A stretch of DNA of 41,911 bases from the IMG/VR virus record IMGVR_UViG_3300029893_000022, positions 1 to 41,911 of that record; one strand, given 5' to 3'. The position numbers were made by a program, and so were the translations under genes. How positions within the stretch are numbered: the first letter of the stretch is position 1; each line of letters opens with the position of its first letter. Source of the DNA: a virus. Below, one piece after another: positions 1 through 7,279 of this stretch. The notes beneath the pieces were generated by a model. It was not told the DNA's origin, did no database searches, and was given only the letters and a program-made list of their open reading frames with translations.

Positions 1-79
1 AGTTACGGGCTGCCCGATACAGATACTCTGGGTCGCCGATGGCGATCAGAGCCTCGATCAGCCGCGGATCGTAGCGGTC
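1..79. repeat. terminal exact direct repeat; identical to 41833..41911
   Basis: Character-by-character identity of window positions 1-79 with 41833-41911; both copies lie inside coding sequence for the tandem-repeat protein. Confidence 0.9.
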
Positions 80-598
80 ATCGGGCAGGTTGCAGGCTGC
101 CCGATACAGCCACTCTGGGTCGCCGGTGGCGATCAGAGCCTCGACCAGCCGCGGATCATAACGGCTATCAGGTAGATCGTAGGTCGCCATGAATAGCAGC
201 CGGGCTTCGCCAGTGGCGATCAGTGCCTCGACCAGGCGCGGATCGTAGCGGTCATCGGGCAGGTTGCAGGCTGCCCGATACAGCCACTCTGGGTCGCCGG
301 TGGCGATCAGAGCCTCGACCAGCCGCGGATCATAGCGGCTGTTGGGCAAGTTACGGGCTGCCCGATACAGATACTCTGGGTCGCCAGAGGCGATCAGAGC
401 CTCGACCAGCCGCGGATCATAACGGCTATCAGGTAGATCGTAGGTCGCCATGAACAGCCATTCTGGGTCGCCGCTGGCGATCAGAGCCTCGACCAGCCGC
501 GGATCGTAGTGGCTGTCGGGCAGATCGTGAGTCGCCGTGAATAGCAGCCAGGCTTCGCCGGAAGCAATTAACTTATCTATATCATCATCAGTATTCAT
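1..598 (-). CDS. tandem-repeat protein (about 27-aa repeats YDPRLVEALIAxGDPExLYRAAxNLPxxR), 3-prime end runs off window start
   Basis: Minus-strand ATG at 598-596 gives MNTDDDIDKLIASGEAW... then seven or more 27-aa repeats; open to position 1. The listed plus-strand ORF 223..453 is the antisense shadow. Paralogous to 41152..41775. Confidence 0.6.
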   Translation of the reverse strand, partial: MNTDDDIDKLIASGEAWLLFTATHDLPDSHYDPRLVEALIASGDPEWLFMATYDLPDSRYDPRLVEALIASGDPEYLYRAARNLPNSRYDPRLVEALIATGDPEWLYRAACNLPDDRYDPRLVEALIATGEARLLFMATYDLPDSRYDPRLVEALIATGDPEWLYRAACNLPDDRYDPRLIEALIAIGDPEYLYRAARN

Positions 599-687
599 GA
601 TTCTCTCTCCATTTGCCTAAAGTATAACACACGTATTACACACAATCAATATGTTTAGATTAGAAATAGATTAGAAAAGGTATGTAC

Positions 688-715
688 TTGACCATTCCTG
701 TTTGTGTGTTAAAAT
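688..715 (+). promoter_or_regulatory. putative sigma70-like promoter for the lysis genes
   Basis: TTGACC (688-693), 16-bp spacer, TGtTAAAAT extended -10 (707-715), in the divergent intergenic region 599-731 just upstream of the ATG at 732. Confidence 0.3.
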
Positions 716-731
716 TGGGCTGGAGGTGATT

Positions 732-1028
732 ATGGATGCAGAGACTTTATCCATGCTGGCCGGGGCTGTTCTATCCCTGGCGTTTTCCTATGTGCCGGGA
801 TTATCATCCTGGTATGATCCCTTAGCCGCCGAGTACAAGCGCCTGGTGATGCTCGGCTTGTTGGTGCTTGTAGCAGGGGCGGCCTTTGCCCTGGCATGTG
901 CAGGCCTGGCGGCAGACCTGGGGCTGGCGTTGACCTGTGACCGGCAAAACGCAGTGGGGTTGGTGCGTGCGCTGGTGCTGGCAATCGCCGCCAACCAGGG
1001 CGTTTTCAAACTTACCCGCAAGCCATAG
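732..1028 (+). CDS. holin-like small membrane protein
   Basis: ATG at 732 preceded by GGAGGTGA; 98 aa with two to three hydrophobic helices; directly upstream of the endolysin gene. Confidence 0.45.
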   Translation: MDAETLSMLAGAVLSLAFSYVPGLSSWYDPLAAEYKRLVMLGLLVLVAGAAFALACAGLAADLGLALTCDRQNAVGLVRALVLAIAANQGVFKLTRKP

Positions 1029-1361
1029 ATGGATGTTGATAGCTGGGTCGCGATTATTATCGCTTTGATTGGCGCGGCAGCCGGCATTGGTGGTCTGATC
1101 CGCCAGGCTCTGCGCGATAAGCCAGACATTGCAGCACAGTATGAGCAGATGGCGGAGCGCCAGGCCATGAAAATACAACAGATGCAGGCGCGCATAGACG
1201 CGCTGACAGGTGAAATCGAAGAGCTGAAGCAGGCTCTCGAAGAGCGAGATCGGTTGATCCAGGCATGGCAGGCTGGGATCAGGATGCTAATTGACCAACT
1301 AACGGCAAATGAAATCATCCCAGTCTGGATGCCGAAAGAGAAAGCGGACAAGACAAAATGA
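1029..1361 (+). CDS. membrane-anchored coiled-coil protein (possible lysis accessory or spanin-like)
   Basis: N-terminal hydrophobic segment WVAIIIALIGAAAGIGGLI followed by a charged helical region (EIEELKQALEERDRLIQ); stop overlaps the next start (ATGA). Confidence 0.5.
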   Translation: MDVDSWVAIIIALIGAAAGIGGLIRQALRDKPDIAAQYEQMAERQAMKIQQMQARIDALTGEIEELKQALEERDRLIQAWQAGIRMLIDQLTANEIIPVWMPKEKADKTK

Positions 1362-2020
1362 TCTATCCTGTCCCGAAAGATAGCATCATCACGCAGACCT
1401 ATCAGGATCATGTAGAGCGTGCAAAACGCAATGGATGGTGCTATCGTCCCGGAAGATGTCCTGGTGGCGTGTGGTACTATGGCGGCATAGACTGGGCAGT
1501 AGTGACCGGCACGCCGGTACAGGCTGCCGAATCCGGTTTGGTTGTTACCGCCCGCCAGGATGCCACAGGCTATGGCACGCACATAAAGATCAACCACGAA
1601 GACGGACGGGAAACAATCTACGCCCATCTATCGGAGCTTCGAATCCAGGCTGGCGATAGGGTAATCGCCGGTCAAGTTATTGGGCTATCAGGAAATACAG
1701 GTAATTCAACCGGCCCTCATCTACACTTCGAATTGCGAGTAAACGGGATACCGGTTGATCCAATGCCATATTTGACAGGTGAAATCCAGGCTGGCGATAA
1801 TGATAATACCCCGGAAAAGCCGGCCTGGAAGGAAATAAAACCTGGAGACATAGTCACCATTGCCAGCCCCTATCGGATACGCGCCGCGCCGGGAACCACG
1901 GCGCGCATCCTGGCGACCATTGCCAACTCTACCCAGGCTGAGGTCATCAGCCTGGATAACACAGGCTGGGCAGAGGTCATCATCAGGGGCTGGGTTCACC
2001 CCGACGGTTTGATTAAATAA
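1358..2020 (+). CDS. peptidase M23 (LytM-type) endolysin
   Basis: Motifs HIKINHEDGRETIYAHL and NTGNSTGPHLHFELR match the HxxxD and HxH zinc-binding signature of M23 peptidases; C-terminal extra domain of about 70 aa. Confidence 0.75.
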   Translation: MIYPVPKDSIITQTYQDHVERAKRNGWCYRPGRCPGGVWYYGGIDWAVVTGTPVQAAESGLVVTARQDATGYGTHIKINHEDGRETIYAHLSELRIQAGDRVIAGQVIGLSGNTGNSTGPHLHFELRVNGIPVDPMPYLTGEIQAGDNDNTPEKPAWKEIKPGDIVTIASPYRIRAAPGTTARILATIANSTQAEVISLDNTGWAEVIIRGWVHPDGLIK

Positions 2021-2023
2021 GCG

Positions 2024-2051
2024 CCCGGTGCGACAGAGATGTCGCACCGGG
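2024..2051. terminator. stem-loop terminator between convergent genes
   Basis: CCCGGTGCGAC-agagat-GTCGCACCGGG, 11-bp perfect stem; on the minus strand it is followed by TTATTTAAT. Lies between the endolysin stop (2020) and the minus-strand small ORF stop (2066). Confidence 0.4.
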
Positions 2052-2065
2052 CTTGCTGGTCGGCA

Positions 2066-2188
2066 CTATTTCGCACTGAGGATGGCGATTAACACCGCCG
2101 CCCCCAGCACGATGGCCGCCATAAGATTGAATGGCGGCGTAACCATCAGATAGGCTGCCACAGGGGCGGCCAAAAGTAACAGTTTCAT
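2066..2188 (-). CDS. small hydrophobic peptide (40 aa)
   Basis: Not in the ORF track (under 60 aa). AAGGAGAAtgaaATG RBS; MKLLLLAAPVAAYLMVTPPFNLMAAIVLGAAVLIAILSAK, almost entirely hydrophobic; last cistron of a minus-strand operon. Confidence 0.4.
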   Translation of the reverse strand: MKLLLLAAPVAAYLMVTPPFNLMAAIVLGAAVLIAILSAK

Positions 2189-2415
2189 TTCATTCTCCTT
2201 GCCCGCTTTACCCCGCGGGCTGGGGTGATCCTACCGGCGATTCCGATTCCACCCATCGCCACTGTGCCGTCCTGGCGCGGGCGTGTGGTGGCGGTTACCA
2301 TCCCTCACGCCTTATTTGGGATGGCCCATGAGCGCCGCGGCAGCATACACTCTGCCGCACCGGGCTTTCACCGGTCGCCCACCCGTGAGGGTGGGCGGGC
2401 CTTGCGGGCGGGGGG
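2189..2415 (-). ncRNA. candidate structured intercistronic RNA element, copy 1
   Basis: GC-rich segment starting right after the stop of gene 2416..2790; about 85 nt are 85% identical to copy 2 (2791..2929). Minus-strand hairpins CGCCCACCC-ucac-GGGUGGGCG (plus 2376-2397) and GCGGCAG-aguguaug-CUGCCGC (plus 2337-2358), plus further hairpins toward the small ORF. Confidence 0.35.
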
Positions 2416-2790
2416 CTAGTCCTCAGGAGGCAACAGCCCCTCCGCTTTTGCCCTTTCACGGGTCATATAGACCTCGTGAGCAGCGAAATTAATTCGCTCT
2501 TTTTTGTCCGGTCTCCCGGACAAGCCTTCGAAGAATTTCTGAGTTGGCTTTTTGGGGAAGTAGTTATTCCCCAGACCCAACTCATTTTTTAAGTTTTTCG
2601 AAGTTATCACCCGCACCGGATACGGGACGTTTGCCAGACCCGCCTGCGAAGAACAGAACTTACAAACGTGAACATACGTCTGAGACTCATTGTCCCAGGC
2701 CTCGTTGTTTGTCTCATCTCTGCACATTGTGCAGGGGGCCCATGTCCAGCCCCCCCTGTCATCATACTTTCTCACCCATTCGGCCTTCAC
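2416..2790 (-). CDS. Cys-rich (zinc-ribbon-like) hypothetical protein
   Basis: Likely GTG start at 2790 with AGGAGA 5 nt upstream (the longer listed ORF 2416..3006 runs through copy 2 of the RNA element); 124 aa with C-x2-C ... C-x2-C (CTMC, CKFC). Confidence 0.5.
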   Translation of the reverse strand: MKAEWVRKYDDRGGWTWAPCTMCRDETNNEAWDNESQTYVHVCKFCSSQAGLANVPYPVRVITSKNLKNELGLGNNYFPKKPTQKFFEGLSGRPDKKERINFAAHEVYMTRERAKAEGLLPPED

Positions 2791-2929
2791 TTTGTTCTCC
2801 TGCCCGCCTATGACCCGACGGGCGGGGTCTAGTGATTGATTGCCCATGAGCGCCGCGGCATCTCTGCCGCACCGGACTTCCACCGGTCGCCCACTCCGAG
2901 AGCGGGCGGGCCTTGCGGACTGGGAGGGG
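2791..2929 (-). ncRNA. candidate structured intercistronic RNA element, copy 2
   Basis: Starts right after the stop of gene 2930..3148. Same three-hairpin core as copy 1; the first stem carries compensatory changes (CGCCCGCUC/GAGUGGGCG with a G-U pair, plus 2888-2908) and the second keeps the stem with a GAGA tetraloop (plus 2855-2870). Confidence 0.35.
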
Positions 2930-3148
2930 CTACACAGGCTCGAAGAGCAACTCCCGTTCCCCCTCCACTGTTCCCCAGAAGCGACCGTTTGTCGCCTCGT
3001 CAACAACGATTTTTCCGACCGTCGGGTCGTACTCGATCATCATCTCAACAATTTCCCCCAGCCTGCCTACCTCCAGATACCCCCCCCAACGGGGGGTAAG
3101 GATTCTAACCATCCGCTCGTCATTTTCATAGTCCTTAATAGTAGTCAT
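2930..3148 (-). CDS. hypothetical protein (72 aa)
   Basis: GGAGGAGAcagaaATG RBS; first cistron of the minus-strand small-gene operon. Confidence 0.5.
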   Translation of the reverse strand: MTTIKDYENDERMVRILTPRWGGYLEVGRLGEIVEMMIEYDPTVGKIVVDEATNGRFWGTVEGERELLFEPV

Positions 3149-3212
3149 TTCTGTCTCCTCCCGGCCTTTTCCCCGACCGGTGGGGGGTTAGGTTGGTTGA
3201 CTGACTGTCTAT

Positions 3213-3240
3213 AGTGTAACACGTGTAGTACGAATGTCAA
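3213..3240 (-). promoter_or_regulatory. putative promoter of the minus-strand small-gene operon
   Basis: Minus-strand TTGACA (plus 3235-3240), 16-bp spacer, TACACT (plus 3213-3218), about 60 nt upstream of the start at 3148. Confidence 0.3.
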
Positions 3241-3404
3241 GCTGGTTTATGGAACATTAATCAAACTCTAATCTTTCTCGCTGGTATAATCCAACCGTGA
3301 TTACCGATGCCTGCTACTACCTGTACCTAGCCTGGTGTCTCTCCTGGCTCTATGTCCTGGCTCTGCATGCCGGTTTATGACGCGCCGCGTCATAGACCAC
3401 TCCA

Positions 3405-3466
3405 CTGTACATGTAGTGTATAATTGCACACATTTGTGCTATAATAAATGGCACAAATGTGCCATT
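3405..3466 (+). promoter_or_regulatory. promoter with overlapping palindromic operator-like sites
   Basis: TATAAT at 3419-3424 and TGcTATAAT at 3437-3445; inverted repeats TACATGTA (3408-3415), GCACA-catt-TGTGC (3426-3439) and TGGCACA-aa-TGTGCCA (3449-3464) end 2 nt before the ATG at 3467. Confidence 0.35.
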
Positions 3467-3976
3467 ATGACCGATAACAGTAACAGCAACAGCCTGCTCG
3501 CAAACGATCCTAACGAGCTACAGCGCATCCTACAGTCTCTCAGCATGCTACAACTGCGCTGGTTGATCGCGCGAACAGAGGTTGATACCGACAAGGAAGC
3601 CTGCGAGCGGATCGGTATCGCCTATCACAGCTGCATGCGCTGGCCTAACAGGAACGACATCCATCGGGCATTGCGCCTGATGATGTACGACAAACTGGAC
3701 GCAGCGCGTGAGCTGCTCAAACGGTCTGTGGTCGAGGCAGTGGAGGAGCTGCGCCGTGAGCTGGACGATCCATCACCGCGGATACGCCAGCGTGCAGCCA
3801 TCGAGATACTGGATCGGACGATGGGGCGTGCAGTCCAGCCGTCCATCATGATAACTGCCGGTGTGGATGACCTGTTACGTCGGATATGGGGCGACGACGG
3901 CGAGCCAGCACCTGGGCCGGCTGGGGATGTGATAGATGGAGAGATGACGGATGCGCCGGTGTCTGATGATGGTTAA
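3467..3976 (+). CDS. HTH DNA-binding protein (terminase small subunit-like or transcriptional regulator)
   Basis: Start taken at ATG 3467 because the longer listed ORF from 3335 runs through the promoter and operators. HTH-like segment DKEACERIGIAYHSCMRW; later IRQRAAIEILDRTMG resembles the conserved C-terminal helix of P27-type small terminases; acidic tail. No obvious RBS. Confidence 0.5.
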   Translation: MTDNSNSNSLLANDPNELQRILQSLSMLQLRWLIARTEVDTDKEACERIGIAYHSCMRWPNRNDIHRALRLMMYDKLDAARELLKRSVVEAVEELRRELDDPSPRIRQRAAIEILDRTMGRAVQPSIMITAGVDDLLRRIWGDDGEPAPGPAGDVIDGEMTDAPVSDDG

Positions 3977-3979
3977 GAT

Positions 3980-4766
3980 AAGGTCGCTTATCGCGAGCGT
4001 AATGTTTTGAGGTTTTGTAGGTGATCGCAACGCATATTGACATACCCCCACATCTGGGGGTATGTCGCGTTATATGGGGGTTGCATCCAGTAGTTGGTGG
4101 TGTATCAGTAGATGCCGGAGTGTATCAGATGTATCAAGATGCCGGCTGATTGTATCAGTGTATCATTGGATTGTATCATTGTATCAACCCGTACATGTGG
4201 GTGGTAGTGTCTCGTACGGTGTACATACCCCCATATATAGGGGTATTGAGAAGCAATAAATTGTATCAGTGTATCATCTATCTATCATAGGTTAAGCAAC
4301 CAAGGCAACCAAGGCAACCAAGGCAACCAGAGCAACCCCTATATATAGCCATCAATGCCGTATATGGATACTACCCCCCATATATGGGGGTATAATAATT
4401 GATGATTTTTAATCTTCAATTAATGATTAAGCAACCTTTTTAAGCAACCTTAAGCAACCTGTAATGTATCTATATAATACTTGTACAATACCTAAACATT
4501 GATTATATGTATGTATAGGTTGCTTAAGTTGCCTTGGTTGCTTAAGTTGCCTTGGTTGCTCTGGTTGCTTAACCTCGTAAGCTTTAATATTTCATAACCA
4601 TACCAGTATATCAATCACTATTGCATTTTAGGGCTACTTTATGCCATTTTAGGGGTGTTTTAAGCCAAAAAATGCCCTAAATGGGCATCTCAGATTGTTT
4701 CCGGGCCGGCCAGGTCAGCCCGAAAAGGTGTCGAGGTTAAGCAACCAAGGCAACCGGTGCAACCTT
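3980..4766. repeat. iteron-rich AT-rich noncoding region (candidate replication origin or packaging/partition site)
   Basis: TGTATCA repeats (4101-4187, 4261-4277); C/G-tract palindromes (4043-4062, 4225-4246, 4372-4392); GCAACCAAG tandem repeats (4296-4337) with an inverted array (4518-4573); TAAGCAACC x3 (4428-4460); AT-rich core (about 4393-4430); GCAACC cluster at 4738-4764. Confidence 0.5.
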
Positions 4767-4768
4767 AT

Positions 4769-5053
4769 TTATTGATCGTACCGGTGCATGATTTCGAGAA
4801 ACTGTTCTACACTGTACACAATCGCTGCAGGTGTATCATCCCCAAACTGCGACCACAACGCCAGCTCTCTTTCGGTCAGCTTGCCCCCAGGCGACTTGAT
4901 CTCCAGTGCCACCCAGCGGCCAGACCTGGACAAACAAAACGCATCCGGCGCACCATCCCCCTGACGATACGTGTCTACCCATACATAGCCGGCCCGCCGT
5001 GCTGCATCCCGTATCGCTGCGTGGTTAGCGTCTACACGTGCGCTGTATCTCAT
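4769..5053 (-). CDS. VRR-NUC domain nuclease
   Basis: GAPDAFCLSRSGRWVALEIKSPGGKLTERELALW matches the PD-(D/E)xK core of VRR-NUC (G.PD ... ALEIK ... GKLT..E..W); GAGGA RBS; start overlaps the upstream stop (ATGA). Confidence 0.6.
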   Translation of the reverse strand: MRYSARVDANHAAIRDAARRAGYVWVDTYRQGDGAPDAFCLSRSGRWVALEIKSPGGKLTERELALWSQFGDDTPAAIVYSVEQFLEIMHRYDQ

Positions 5054-5454
5054 CTGTCCTCATCTTGTCCATTGATCGGGAGCAAGTTTTTGGCAATTCT
5101 CAGCATCGAGCGTAAGTGATATTCGTTTTCGCAACTAAGCAAGAAGCGCCTCGCCTGCTTCTTCTTGTCGGCATCGGCGATGCCTAGCGCCAGGCGCTGC
5201 CGCTCGCGGATGGCTTCCAATGCCAGACGCTCGACCTCGCCATCGGCGTCCGGCGTCCAGATCGGCGGACGCCAGATGAGCCATTGGCGCAGGTCATGCC
5301 GGTAAGCCACACGACCTGCAAAACGCTCGGCGAAGAATTCAGCGTTGCCCGCATCTGTTAGCGCGAAGTCGTCGGCGGCGCTGGTTTCTTCTATCGGAAC
5401 AACCCCAGAGCAGTTGACGGCAATAGTTTCAATAGGGGGAGTTGTTGATACCAC
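5050..5454 (-). CDS. primase/helicase N-terminal-domain-like protein (possible gene fragment)
   Basis: FALTDAGNAEFFAERFAGRVAYRHDLRQWLIWRPPIWTPD matches the TDxGNAxRF ... W.W.G..W N-terminal motif of phage D5/P4-type primase-helicases, but the ORF is only 134 aa, starts at GTG with no RBS and has no polymerase or helicase motifs. Confidence 0.4.
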   Translation of the reverse strand: MVSTTPPIETIAVNCSGVVPIEETSAADDFALTDAGNAEFFAERFAGRVAYRHDLRQWLIWRPPIWTPDADGEVERLALEAIRERQRLALGIADADKKKQARRFLLSCENEYHLRSMLRIAKNLLPINGQDEDR

Positions 5455-6014
5455 CGGTGAGTATATGATTATGGAGCGCGGCTTTGGAGCTGATTAATTC
5501 ATCTCCGAGTGTGCGCATGATTCTTGCCCGGGGTCGAAAAAATCCTTCACCAATTGTCTGATTTTGATCGCTCATTTGACATCATCTCGTTGGATAAGTA
5601 TTTTATCTGGTTTTGGAACCAAATATCGGATCCGGCACATGCACGCCCAGCTCGTTGCGGATGTACTTAAGGACTCCTGGCGCGTGCTTGCCTGGCGTTC
5701 ATCTGTCCATTTTCTGCCCATAATAAACGGCTTTGTAGAGAAAATCGTTGAACAACCGACAGATTTGAAGCCAGTTCTGGTCATGGTTTGGGGTGATCTG
5801 ATAGTTGCCGTTAATCGCCGGGATTTTTTGCATGAGCAATCCTGGTAGTGGAGATATGCCCCTGGCGTGTATCCTTCAGGACGTTGGGGATAACTGTCAG
5901 CAGATATAATCGGTGATCAATGATACGAGGTAGGTGTATCATATATGCAACAATCTTCCTGGATTATGAGACAGTTTTATTGTATACACATTGCATAAGA
6001 GCCTGTTGCATAAC

Positions 6015-6227
6015 CTATCTGGGCAATACATATCGGTACCCCCGTTTTTCTCCTTCAGGGATAAGCCAGCCGCTGGCAACCAGATTACGGGCGATATGAA
6101 GAGCAGTGTGTCTTTTAACGCGGAGAATCCGGCGAATATCTCGATTGGTGATAAATCCTTGAGTTTTGATTTCCTCCAGCAGGCATTCACACGCTCTGCT
6201 CGCGGTAGCAGCCAGCGTTTTCGCCAC
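6015..6227 (-). CDS. small winged-helix DNA-binding protein (putative)
   Basis: ITNRDIRRILRVKRHTALHIARNLVASGWL is HTH-like; GTG start with weak RBS. The overlapping listed ORF 5939..6460 looks less protein-like. Confidence 0.35.
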   Translation of the reverse strand: MAKTLAATASRACECLLEEIKTQGFITNRDIRRILRVKRHTALHIARNLVASGWLIPEGEKRGYRYVLPR

Positions 6228-6275
6228 CAGGCGACCAGTTCCGAGAATGGCAAGTTGCGATAGACTCGTTCAGTA

Positions 6276-6524
6276 TCACGGCCTTCCATGTACGTTTCCA
6301 GATTGTTCACCAGGCGAAACAGGAATACTTCTCGCTTCACACCATGACGAAGCAATTCGGATGAAAATCTTAATTGGTTCAGCACTCGAACCATTGTTTG
6401 CCATTTCCGGCGCGGTCGCCGCTGCAGTGCTGGCGGACTGGGAGGTCTGACGGCAAGCAAAAGCGAACCAAAACAGAGCAGCGAACATCACGGCAATCAG
6501 GATCAGGACAATCCAGCGCTTCAT
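6276..6524 (-). CDS. small membrane or lipoprotein-like protein
   Basis: ATG at 6524 overlaps the upstream stop (ATGA) and uses GGAGGA from the upstream gene end; MKRWIVLILIAVMFAALFWFAFAC is a signal/TM segment ending in Cys. Confidence 0.4.
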   Translation of the reverse strand: MKRWIVLILIAVMFAALFWFAFACRQTSQSASTAAATAPEMANNGSSAEPIKIFIRIASSWCEARSIPVSPGEQSGNVHGRP

Positions 6525-7123
6525 GGCCGTCCTCCGTTGGAACCCTGGCAATACCCGCAGGAGCAGGCAGGGCGTTGACCGGTCTTAACGGCGGCAACCA
6601 GTCGGTCGAGCTTGGCGTTGATCTTCTCGGCGACGGTATCGCTGTGAGAAACGCCGATAACGCGCATCTCGCCGGTGTCGCGCGCCAGATATAGCACATG
6701 GGCGCGCTGGTATCCGGCGAAGTGCATATACGCCTGCACCTGAAAGAAGACGCGGTTAGGCAGTCGGGGCGGTTCAGGGAGCCATTTGGCGCATTCGATG
6801 GTCTTTATCTCTAACAAATCTCCTTCCACCTCGCCATCGGGATGTCCCTGCACCAGACCATCGTACAAAACGATCGGATTCGCTGCGCGATAAAGACCCA
6901 TCTCGATCAGACGAGCGACGAGCGCCTCTTCCAGAGCATACCCCATTGCATCTTTCAGGCGCTCCCGGGTGCTGTGAGGAACCCCGTGTGTGTAAATGTC
7001 GTAGATGACTCGTTCACACCCGCCGATAGATGACAGACCGATATAGTTACGACGTTCTTGGTGGCGGCTGCTCACGCGTGATGTGAAGTCAATAATAGCG
7101 GACTGCAATTGGATAGATAGCAT
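6521..7123 (-). CDS. Cas4-like PD-(D/E)xK nuclease with Cys cluster
   Basis: AAGGAGC RBS; DGEVEGDLLEIKT (D ... E.K); one N-terminal Cys (GGCER) plus C-terminal CSCGYC, the pattern of Fe-S-containing Cas4/RecB-family nucleases. Confidence 0.55.
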   Translation of the reverse strand: MLSIQLQSAIIDFTSRVSSRHQERRNYIGLSSIGGCERVIYDIYTHGVPHSTRERLKDAMGYALEEALVARLIEMGLYRAANPIVLYDGLVQGHPDGEVEGDLLEIKTIECAKWLPEPPRLPNRVFFQVQAYMHFAGYQRAHVLYLARDTGEMRVIGVSHSDTVAEKINAKLDRLVAAVKTGQRPACSCGYCQGSNGGRP

Positions 7124-7135
7124 ATAGAAGCTCCT

Positions 7136-7279
7136 TTACAGGTCGAAAGCCAAATCTATGGCGTGAAGATGGAGTTTGGAGAACAGCGCACGGCGTTGGG
7201 TGGGTTCATCCCGCTTGCGTTTAATATGTCCCCAGTTGCGTACCGGCAACTCCCGCCGGCAACGACTACATGTTTTCAT
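7136..7279 (-). CDS. small basic Cys-containing peptide (47 aa)
   Basis: Not in the ORF track. ATG at 7279 overlaps the methyltransferase stop (ATGA); MKTCSRCRRELPVRNWGHIKRKRDEPTQRR...; lies just downstream of repeat copy R1, whose start codon is ACG instead of ATG. Confidence 0.35.
   Translation of the reverse strand: MKTCSRCRRELPVRNWGHIKRKRDEPTQRRALFSKLHLHAIDLAFDL

Noticed and set aside
223-453. Plus-strand ORF 223..453 and similar Arg/Pro-rich frames in the terminal repeat region
   Set aside because: Antisense shadow of the minus-strand tandem-repeat gene, which has a clear ATG and a paralogue.
788-1627. Minus-strand ORFs 788..1627 and 822..1178 overlapping the lysis genes
   Set aside because: Low-complexity shadow frames opposite the holin-like and endolysin genes; no RBS.
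2189-2929. Assigning the structured elements to a named RNA family (tRNA, tmRNA, RNase P, hammerhead, group I or II intron)
   Set aside because: None of the signature motifs I know for these families is present; left as an unclassified structured RNA.
2225-3214. Plus-strand ORFs 2225..2419, 2283..2492, 2544..2813, 2836..3099, 2840..3214
   Set aside because: They overlap the RBS-supported minus-strand genes and run through the structured elements; their shared peptide segments just reflect the duplicated DNA, and the compensatory stem changes only make sense for minus-strand RNA.
5939-6460. 173-aa minus-strand ORF 5939..6460
   Set aside because: It overlaps two better-supported genes in another frame (wHTH protein 6015..6227 and membrane peptide 6276..6524) and begins inside the latter; sequence is not protein-like. 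The region stays uncertain.
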